In this document: positions 56,577-64,000 of the stretch, piece after piece
Layout: the number at the start of each line of letters is the position of its first letter
Numbering within the stretch: position 1 is the stretch's first letter
DNA from: Dehalococcoidia bacterium
GTDB taxonomy: Bacteria; Chloroflexota; Dehalococcoidia; DSTF01; JACRBR01
Reading direction: 5' to 3'
NCBI GenBank assembly: GCA_035650575.1
Contig: DASRHM010000017.1
Coordinates: forward strand, 1,434-65,433
DNA: 64,000 bases
The notes under the pieces: generated by a model
Told to the model about the DNA's origin: nothing
Database searches by the model: none
Seen by the model: the letters and a program-made list of their open reading frames with translations, nothing else
Translations under genes and position numbers: made by a program

Positions 56577-58442
56577 TCAGGCGACGTCCGCCACGGCGCC
56601 CGCGAACTGCGCGTTGTACAGGGCCGCGTAGGCGCCCCCGCGCGCGAGCAGCTCGGCATGGTTCCCCTGCTCGACGATGCGGCCCGCGTCCATGACCAGG
56701 ATCGTGTCGGCGTCGCGGATGGTCGAGAGCCGGTGCGCGATGACGAAGCTCGTGCGCTGCGCGCGGAGCGCCGCCATCGCCCGCTGGATCAGGACTTCCG
56801 TCCGCGTGTCGACGGAGCTCGTCGCCTCGTCGAGGATGAGGATCGGGCGGTCGGCGAGGAAAGCGCGCGCGATCGTGATGAGCTGGCGCTCGCCGGCGCT
56901 GATCGAGCTGCCCTCGTCGTCGATCCGCGTGTCATAGCCATCGGGCAACGAGTGCACGAACCGGTCCACGTAGGTCGCGCGCGCGGCTTCGATGATCTGC
57001 TCCTCCGTCGCGTCGAGGTTGCCGTAGGCGATGTTCTCGCGGATCGTCCCGCCGAACATCCACGTGTCCTGCAGCACCATGCCGATCTGGGACCGCAGCT
57101 CGGCGCGCGACAGGCGCGAGATGTCGCGTCCGTCGATGGTGATCGCGCCCTGGTCGACCTCGTAGAACCGCATGATGAGGTTCACGAGCGTGGTCTTGCC
57201 CGCGCCCGTCGGGCCGACGATCGCCACCGTCCGGCCCGGCTCGACCACCAGCGAGAGATCGCTGATCAGCGGCCGCTGCGGGTCGTAGGAGAACGACACG
57301 CGCGAGAACTCGACGCGCCCGCGCGTCTTGCCCGGGGCGGCGGACGCCGGCAGGTCGGGCGACTCCTCCCCGGCGTCGAGCAGCTCGAACACGCGCTCCG
57401 CGGACGCGATGCCCGACTGGAACGTGTTGACCATCGACGCGATCCAGGAGAGCGGCTGCGTGAAGCTGCGCGAGTACTGGAGGAACGCCTGGATGTCGCC
57501 GATCGTCATGGCGCCGTTCGAGACGCGGATGCCGCCCAGCACGGCGATCGCCACGAAGTTGAGATTGCCGACGAGCATCGTCGCCGGCTGGATGACGCCG
57601 GAGATGAACTGCGCGCCGAAGCTCGCTTCGTACAGTTCGTCGTTCGTCTCGCGGAAGGCCTGCTCGATGTCCCGCTGCCGGCCGAAGGCCTTGACGATCG
57701 CGTGGCCGGTGAACGTCTCTTCGACCTGCGCGTTCAGCGTCCCCGTGTGGCGCCACTGCGCGACGAACCGCGTGCGCGACCGCCGGGCGATCGCGCTCAT
57801 GAGCAACGTCGAGAGCGGGATGGTGACGAGCGCGACGAGCGCGAGCATCCACGAGATCCAGAGCATCATGACGACGGTGCCGACGAGCGTCAGCGTCTGC
57901 GTGAGCATCTGCGACAGCGTCTGCTGCAGGCTCTGCGCGATGTTGTCGATGTCGTTGGTAACGCGGCTCAGCAAGTCGCCGCGCTGCGCCCGGTCGACGT
58001 AGCGCAGCGGCAGCCGGTTGAGCTTCGCCTCCACGTCCGCGCGCAGCCGGTACATCGTCCGTTGCACGGCGCCGGCCAGGATGTAGGAGGTCGAGTACTG
58101 GAGCACCCAGGCGCCGGCGAGGAGCGCGAGGGCGAAGCCGAGGATGCGGCCGAGGTGCCCGAAGTCCATCGGCTGGCGCGTGAAGGCGGCGCGGACGACC
58201 ACGTCGGTGGCGCTGCCGAGCACCTTGGGCAGCAGCACGCTCATGCAGACGGCGACGACCGCCATGACGACGGCGGCGATCACGATCCAGCGCTCGCGCT
58301 CGAACCCGCGGAACAGCCGGCGCGTGGTGCTGGCGAAGTCCCGCGGCTTCTCCGCCGGCATGCCGAAGGAACGCATGCGCATGCCGCCCCGCTGCTCGTC
58401 CGGCGGCTTCACCGGATCCGGCTGCCGGCTCTCCGTGCTCAT
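56577..58442 (-). CDS. Heterodimeric ABC exporter, subunit 2 (TMD + consensus NBD)
   Basis: GPTGAGKT, ISAGERQ, ILILDEATSSVD, IAHRLST. Confidence 0.93.
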   Translation of the reverse strand: MSTESRQPDPVKPPDEQRGGMRMRSFGMPAEKPRDFASTTRRLFRGFERERWIVIAAVVMAVVAVCMSVLLPKVLGSATDVVVRAAFTRQPMDFGHLGRILGFALALLAGAWVLQYSTSYILAGAVQRTMYRLRADVEAKLNRLPLRYVDRAQRGDLLSRVTNDIDNIAQSLQQTLSQMLTQTLTLVGTVVMMLWISWMLALVALVTIPLSTLLMSAIARRSRTRFVAQWRHTGTLNAQVEETFTGHAIVKAFGRQRDIEQAFRETNDELYEASFGAQFISGVIQPATMLVGNLNFVAIAVLGGIRVSNGAMTIGDIQAFLQYSRSFTQPLSWIASMVNTFQSGIASAERVFELLDAGEESPDLPASAAPGKTRGRVEFSRVSFSYDPQRPLISDLSLVVEPGRTVAIVGPTGAGKTTLVNLIMRFYEVDQGAITIDGRDISRLSRAELRSQIGMVLQDTWMFGGTIRENIAYGNLDATEEQIIEAARATYVDRFVHSLPDGYDTRIDDEGSSISAGERQLITIARAFLADRPILILDEATSSVDTRTEVLIQRAMAALRAQRTSFVIAHRLSTIRDADTILVMDAGRIVEQGNHAELLARGGAYAALYNAQFAGAVADVA

Positions 58443-60166
58443 GCCGGCACCCCCTCGCCGATCTGCGACTCGACGATCTCCGCATAGGTCGGGCAGGTCT
58501 GGAGCAGCTCGTCATGCGTCCCCAACCCCACGGCCTCGCCGTCCTCCAGCACGAGGATCTGCTCCGCCGACATGATCGTCGAGAAGCGCTGCGCGACGAT
58601 GAGGATCGTCGCGTCCCGCGCGTACGGCACGAGCGCCGCGCGCAACCGCGCATCGGTGGCCAGGTCAAGCGCGGAGAACGAGTCGTCGAAGAGGTAGATC
58701 TCCGGCCGGCGCACCAGGGCGCGCGCGATCGCCAGGCGCTGGCGCTGGCCGCCGGAGACGTTGACGCCACCCTGTGCGATCTCGGCGTCCAGGCCGCCCA
58801 TCGCCCGCACGAAGTCCGCCGCCTGCGCGACCTCGAGCGCCGCCCAGAGCTCATCCTCGCTCGCATCGGGCTTGCCGAAGCGCAGGTTGCTGGCGACGGT
58901 ACCGCCGAACAGGTACGGCTTCTGGGGCACGATGCCGATGCGCTGCCACAGGATCTGGGGATCGAGATCGCGCAGGTCGACGCCGTCGAACAGGACCGCG
59001 CCGGAGGTGACATCGAACAGGCGCGCGGCGACGTTGATCAGGCTCGTCTTGCCCGAACCGGTGCTGCCGATGATCGCCGTCGTCTGCCCCGGGAGCGAGG
59101 TGAACGAGATGCCCTCCAGCACGGCGTGCTGGGCGCCCGGATAGCGGAATCCGACATCGCGGAATTCGAGCCGGCCGCGCTCACGCACCGCTGTCACCGG
59201 CGCCGGCGGCGGCGTCACCGAGCTCGACGTCGCGAGCACTTCCTGGATGCGATCGGCGGAGACGGCGGCGCGCGGGGCCATCATCGTCACCATCGTCGCC
59301 ATCATCACCGCGGACATGATCAGCGACAGGTACGTGATGAAGGCGACGAGCGAACCGACCGACATGCTGCCGCTGTCGACCCGGTGCCCGCCGAACCAGA
59401 TGACGGCGATGCTCGAGGCATTGACCACGAACAGCATCGTGGGGAACATCAGCGCCATCAGCCGGCCCGCGGTCAGCGACGTGTCGGTCAGGTCCTGGTT
59501 CACCGCGTGGAAGCGCCGCGCCTCCACGGGCTCGCGCACGAAGGCGCGCACCACGCGCATGCCGGCGATCTGCTCGCGCAGCACGTTATTGATGCCATCG
59601 AGGCGGTCCTGCATGAGCCGGAACTGCGGCACCATGCGCGACACGATGGCGCCGAGGACGATCATCAGCAGCGGCAGGCTGACGGCGAGCAGCCACGAGA
59701 GGCCCAGGTCCTGCCGCATCGCCATGAAGACCCCGAACACGACGGTCATCGGCGCGGCGACGACCATGGTGCAGGTCATCAGCACGAGCAGCTGCACCTG
59801 CGTGACGTCGTTCGTGATGCGCGTGATCAGCGAGGGCGCGCCGAAGAGGTTCACCTCGCGCGCGGAGAACGCCACCACGCGGCCGAAGAGCGCCGCCCGC
59901 ACGTCGCGCCCGAAGCCCATGGCCGCGCGGGCGCCGCAGTAGACGGCGCCCACCGAGAAGATGGCCTGCACCGCCGTCACGGCGAGCATCACCCCGCCCG
60001 TACGCCAGATATAGCCGGTGTCGCCGCGCAGGATGCCCTTGTCGATGACGTCGGCGTTGAGCGACGGCAGCAGCAGGGAGGCCGTCGCCTGCACGGCCTG
60101 GAGGACGAGCACGGCAGCCAGCCAGTATCGATAGGCGCGGAGATGGGTGCGGAGAAGCTGGATCAT
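58439..60166 (-). CDS. Heterodimeric ABC exporter, subunit 1 (TMD + degenerate NBD)
   Basis: GSTGSGKT, VSGGQRQR, IYLFDDSFSALD (E to D), VAQR (H to Q): the TM287/288-type pattern. Confidence 0.93.
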   Translation of the reverse strand: MIQLLRTHLRAYRYWLAAVLVLQAVQATASLLLPSLNADVIDKGILRGDTGYIWRTGGVMLAVTAVQAIFSVGAVYCGARAAMGFGRDVRAALFGRVVAFSAREVNLFGAPSLITRITNDVTQVQLLVLMTCTMVVAAPMTVVFGVFMAMRQDLGLSWLLAVSLPLLMIVLGAIVSRMVPQFRLMQDRLDGINNVLREQIAGMRVVRAFVREPVEARRFHAVNQDLTDTSLTAGRLMALMFPTMLFVVNASSIAVIWFGGHRVDSGSMSVGSLVAFITYLSLIMSAVMMATMVTMMAPRAAVSADRIQEVLATSSSVTPPPAPVTAVRERGRLEFRDVGFRYPGAQHAVLEGISFTSLPGQTTAIIGSTGSGKTSLINVAARLFDVTSGAVLFDGVDLRDLDPQILWQRIGIVPQKPYLFGGTVASNLRFGKPDASEDELWAALEVAQAADFVRAMGGLDAEIAQGGVNVSGGQRQRLAIARALVRRPEIYLFDDSFSALDLATDARLRAALVPYARDATILIVAQRFSTIMSAEQILVLEDGEAVGLGTHDELLQTCPTYAEIVESQIGEGVPA

Positions 60167-60408
60167 CTCGCTTGCTTACGGCTTCGGTTGACGGCCGAAT
60201 GGAACCGAGCGTAGCAGAGCCGGCCCGCTGCCTCGACTTCCAGGTTGGCGCTCCCCAATACTCTGCTCACCGACGCCCGGCCGCCCGCGCGCCACGGCCG
60301 CGCGGGCCCGGTACATTATCGGCGCCCGCCGATGCCCGCGCGACGAGCGCGGCCGGCGGCCGTCCGGCCGCCGGGCATCGCGCGGCCGCCGCGCGGAGGA
60401 GGCGCAGC

Positions 60409-60981
60409 ATGTCAGAGATGTTCGTGCGGTCGCTGCGCAACCGCGTGCGCGCCATGAATTCGCTCTGGGAGCGCGCCATCAGCGATATGACGCTCGACCA
60501 GGTGAACCATCACGAGCGGCCGCGCGTGCTCCCGATCGCCTTCAGCCTGAGCCATTACCTGCGGGCGCAGGACCAGGCGGTGAGCATGCTGCTCCTGCGC
60601 GAGCGCCCCGTCTGGGACGCCGGCGGGTGGGCGCAGAAGGTCGGCGTCTCAGTCGACCGGCTGGGCCGCGAGGAATCCGTGGACGAGATGGAGCACATCC
60701 GCTTCTCGGACCTGGCGGCCTGGCGGGCGTACCAGGCCGCCGTGATCGCGCGCACGGATGCGGTGGTCGGCGAGCTCTCGGAAGAGGCGCTCGCGGAGGT
60801 GGTGCTGCCGCAACTGCCGCCGAACATGCAGCAGACCTTCTGTGCGATGGCGATCGGGTCCGGCGCGCCCCTGCGCAAGCTCGATGTCATCGAGTGCTTC
60901 GTGTACCAGCACGGCCTGCGCCACATGGGCGAGGTCGAGCACGGCCGCGCCCTCGTCGGCCTCGGCGGCATGACGAGCTAG
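60409..60981 (+). CDS. DinB/YfiT-like protein
   Basis: PIAFSLSHY and HGLRH.GE metal-binding His pattern; GGAGGAGG RBS. Confidence 0.7.
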   Translation: MSEMFVRSLRNRVRAMNSLWERAISDMTLDQVNHHERPRVLPIAFSLSHYLRAQDQAVSMLLLRERPVWDAGGWAQKVGVSVDRLGREESVDEMEHIRFSDLAAWRAYQAAVIARTDAVVGELSEEALAEVVLPQLPPNMQQTFCAMAIGSGAPLRKLDVIECFVYQHGLRHMGEVEHGRALVGLGGMTS

Positions 60982-61260
60982 CACGGCCGCGACGACCGCG
61001 GATGCTGCCTCCGGATCGCGGAGCGTGGCGATGCGCAGTCCCCGCCGTAGTCCGTCGGCGGCTCGTGAACCGCTGCCCGCCGGCCCGCCCATCGGTCCCG
61101 ACAGCGTCGCGGGGACTCACCTGCGGGCGCGGCTGTCCCTCGACCCGGCGCCCGGGCGTTGCGTCGCGCGATGCCATCGGCCGATCCCGTCCCGGTGCGC
61201 CCGCGATATGATCCGCGACGGCGCGCACCGGGGCGCGCGGCTCGGGAGATCGGGGAGAGC

Positions 61261-62262
61261 ATGGCGCGTCGTCCGGTAAGCCTCGCACTGGTCGGCGCGG
61301 GCGCGATCGGGCAGGTGCACGCGCGCACGGTCGCGCAGCACCTGCCGGGCGCGCGCCTCGCCGCGGTCGTGGACCCGGACGCCGGGCGCGCGCAGCAGGC
61401 GGCGGCGGTCGCCGACGGCGCGGCGGCCATGGAGAGCGCCGGGCCGGCGCTGCGGGAGCCCGCCATCGATGCCGTCGTGATCGCGGCGCCGACGCACGTC
61501 CACGCTGACCTGATCATCGAAGCGGCGCGCAACGGCAAGCACGTCTTTTGCGAGAAGCCGCTCGCCCTCACGCTCGGGGACGCGCGGCGCGCGGTCGATG
61601 CCGTGACCGCCGCGGGCGTGCACCTCCAGATCGGCTTCCAGCGCCGCTTCGATGCGGGCTACCGGCGGGCGAAGGATGCGATCGCGCGCGGCGAGCTCGG
61701 GCGGGTCGAGCTGCTCGCCTCGACCACCCGGGACCCGGCGCCGCCGCGGCCGGGATACCTGGAGTGCTGCGGCGGCGTCTTCCTCGACACCTCGATCCAC
61801 GACTTCGACAGCATCCGCTTCCTGGCGGACGACGAGGTGAGCGAGGTGTACGCCACGGCGTCGACGCTCGTGACGCCGGAGCGCGGCGGGGCGTTCGACC
61901 TCGATACGGTCGCCGTCGTGTTGCGGCTGCGGTCCGGCGCGCTCGCGACCGTCACCAACTCGCTGCGCACCGGCTACGGGTATGAGGCGGGCGCGGAGGT
62001 GTTCGGCTCGCGGGGCAAGATCACGGTCCATGGCGCCGAAGACGGCGTCCGGCACTACCGCGAGGGCCACGTGGCGGTCGCGCATCCGCAGACGTGGCGC
62101 GAGCGGTTCGGCGAGGCCTATCGCGCCGAGCTGGCGGATTTCGTGCGATGCGTCGCCGAGGGGCGGCCTCCGTCGGTCGACGGCGAGGACGGCCTGCGCG
62201 CGCTGGAGGTCGCGCTGGCGGCGACGCAGTCGCAGCGCGAAGGCCGTCCCGTGCGCCTCTAG
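61261..62262 (+). CDS. Gfo/Idh/MocA oxidoreductase, inositol 2-dehydrogenase-like
   Basis: VGAGAIG, FCEKPLA, QIGFQRRFD, GGVFLDTSIHDFD, GYGYE. Confidence 0.88.
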   Translation: MARRPVSLALVGAGAIGQVHARTVAQHLPGARLAAVVDPDAGRAQQAAAVADGAAAMESAGPALREPAIDAVVIAAPTHVHADLIIEAARNGKHVFCEKPLALTLGDARRAVDAVTAAGVHLQIGFQRRFDAGYRRAKDAIARGELGRVELLASTTRDPAPPRPGYLECCGGVFLDTSIHDFDSIRFLADDEVSEVYATASTLVTPERGGAFDLDTVAVVLRLRSGALATVTNSLRTGYGYEAGAEVFGSRGKITVHGAEDGVRHYREGHVAVAHPQTWRERFGEAYRAELADFVRCVAEGRPPSVDGEDGLRALEVALAATQSQREGRPVRL

Positions 62263-63125
62263 CGCGCGGCACCACCCGCCGATGCCGCGCTTCCACCGTC
62301 CAGCACGAATCCCGCCGCGCTCAGGACATCGGCCGCGCGCTTGTACGCCGTGCGGGCGACCTCATGCGGGTCGCGCTCCCAGTATTCCGGGCGGAAGATC
62401 TCGACGGAGGCCACGCCGTCGTAGCCACCCGCCCGCAGCGCCGAGAGGATCGCCCCGACCGGGATTGGCCCCTCGCCGGGATACCGACGATGCGCATCCG
62501 TGAGGGCATGCGGCGGGACGTCATCGCATCCGTTCAGGTGCACGACGAGCAGCCGATCCATCGGCAGCGCGGCGATGTCACGCAGGTCGCTGCCGCCGGC
62601 GTGAAAGTGAAACGTGTCGAGCACCATGCCGACGTTGGGGCGGTCGGCCTCGTTGACGATTTCGATGGCGAGGTCGAGCGTCGGGACGACGCAACCGGGC
62701 TTGCCGAGGAACTCGAACGCCAGCGCGACGTCGCCCGCGATGTCCGCCATCTCGCGCAGCACGCCGACGCTCTCGCGCACGACCTCGCGTCGCGCCGGAG
62801 CGGCGTCGCGGCGGCCGGGGACGACGACGATGGCCGGCGCCGCAATGGCGCGTGCGATCTCGACGAGCCGGCCGAGGTCTGCGAGCAGCGCGCGCCGTCC
62901 GGCGGCATCGCGGAAGGTGATGTCTTCGATCGAATTGATGGACCAGGAGGCGACGCCGGCCTCGCGCAGTCGCGCGGCGAGCGCGGCGACGCTCTCGCGC
63001 TCGAGGTATGGATGGAGCTTGCCCGCCCATACCTCGAGCGCGCTGAACCCGCACGCGGCCGCCAGGGCAACGTCCTGCTCGAGGGGCGAGCGCATGATCG
63101 TCGCGCCGTTCAGCGCCAGACGCAT
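62259..63125 (-). CDS. Sugar phosphate isomerase/epimerase (IolI/IolH-like TIM barrel)
   Basis: LAFEFLG, LDTFHF, VHLNG, YPGEG, SVEIF. Confidence 0.87.
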   Translation of the reverse strand: MRLALNGATIMRSPLEQDVALAAACGFSALEVWAGKLHPYLERESVAALAARLREAGVASWSINSIEDITFRDAAGRRALLADLGRLVEIARAIAAPAIVVVPGRRDAAPARREVVRESVGVLREMADIAGDVALAFEFLGKPGCVVPTLDLAIEIVNEADRPNVGMVLDTFHFHAGGSDLRDIAALPMDRLLVVHLNGCDDVPPHALTDAHRRYPGEGPIPVGAILSALRAGGYDGVASVEIFRPEYWERDPHEVARTAYKRAADVLSAAGFVLDGGSAASAGGAAR

Positions 63126-63344
63126 GCGGCGATTGTCGCTCGCGCGTGGGGCCGGGGCCAGCGGCCGCGCCCGCGCGTCCCGTGCTGGGCGCCGCAGCGC
63201 GGGCGCCGCGCGAACACACCGCATCCCGCCCGGCGCAGGTGGCTCCGCGCACCGGTCTCATCCACAATGGACGACGGATCCGTGCGCGGGACACGATCGT
63301 AGGATCCGGCGTCGTGCCGCCAGCAGCAGGAGGAGTGCGCGTCC

Positions 63345-64000
63345 ATGATCACCGAGTCGCCGCGGGTCTCCTTCGCGGACTTCGAGCGGGCCACCGGCTG
63401 GGCGATCAAGCCGGAGGGCGCCTGCCGGGACGGCCGCTGTATCCCCCTCCCCGCCGGCACGCGCGACCCCGTGGACCTGCGCGTGGTCGCCGGCCACTTG
63501 CGGATGCCGCTGGTGCACGACGAGCCGTCCGGGCTGTGGGCGCTGGGCCCGGAGTCGGGAGGCCGCGCGCTGACGAGCGCCGTCGCGCCGGACCTGGAGT
63601 TGCCCGACGCGGACGGCGCGCCCTTCCGGCTGTCATCGCTGCGCGGGACGAAGGTGCTCCTCGTCGCCTGGGCGTCGTGGTGAGGGTGCCGCCTGGACCT
63701 GCCCGTGTGGCAGGCACTGCGCACCGAGCTTCGCCCGCGCGGCCTCGAGATCGTCACCGTCGGCCTCGACGTCAACGCTGAGGCCGCGCGCCGCGTCATC
63801 GCGAGTCACCCGCACGATCATCCGTCGCTCATCGACGCGGCCCACGTGCTCGATGAGCTGCTGGGGATCGTCAACGTCCCCAGCGGCGTCTGGATCGACG
63901 AGCGCGGCATGATCGTGCGGCCGCCGGAGCCGGCGTTTCCGGCGCGGCCGTCCTACGCGGACCCGTCGACGCTCGCGAAGCTTCCCCCGCGGCTCGCGGC
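63345..64000 (+). CDS. TlpA/ResA-like redoxin selenoprotein (WASW-Sec-GC); 3' partial, TGA at 63681-63683 read as Sec
   Basis: APDLELPD.DG..F.LSSLRG.KVLLVAWASW*GCRLDLPVWQALRTEL..RGLEIVTVGLDV...IVNVPSGVWIDERGMIV; the thioredoxin fold continues in frame past the TGA. Confidence 0.85.
63686..63717 (+). other. Bacterial SECIS-like hairpin
   Basis: CCTGCC (63698-63703), loop CGTGT, GGCAGG (63709-63714), with possible GTG/CAC lower pairing; loop G is 22 nt after the UGA. Confidence 0.7.

Noticed and set aside
1-64000. CRISPR array, transposase, prophage or reductive dehalogenase
   Set aside because: No regularly spaced 25-45-nt repeats and no DDE, HUH, integrase, phage or RdhA motifs were seen; the only dehalogenase is the hydrolytic alpha/beta-fold enzyme.

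Overview
A very GC-rich bacterial chromosomal segment. Gene content and synteny (GuaB3-type IMPDH, tlyA-nadK, yebC-ruvC, rsmI-metG-tatD, many acyl-CoA, SDR and hydrolase genes) suggest Chloroflexota, probably Dehalococcoidia-like; this is an inference. It holds about 58 CDSs and one tRNA-Glu(UUC). No CRISPR array, integrase or transposase was seen. All calls are by-eye motif recognition with no database search. The strongest findings are: (1) a thioredoxin-fold gene at the right edge that reads through an in-frame TGA (WASW-U-GC) followed by a SECIS-like hairpin, i.e. a selenoprotein the ORF track truncates; (2) a near-consensus sigma70 promoter with a Fur-like box at 52982-53026 driving a ~250-nt structured, terminator-bounded candidate sRNA; (3) a translationally coupled SDR pair in which one partner has lost the catalytic Lys (YxxxQ); (4) an orphan membrane-anchored protein with archaellin/ArlF-G-like motifs; (5) a BcsA-like synthase with PilZ but no bcsB, close to a GGDEF/HD-GYP hybrid; (6) an lvaDAC/ACAD10-like SDR-kinase-ACAD triad; (7) a DapA-fold enzyme lacking the DHDPS catalytic triad. 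Smaller items include leaderless promoters, 7-nt tandem repeats between convergent genes and a CoA-transferase remnant beside a lower-GC insert.
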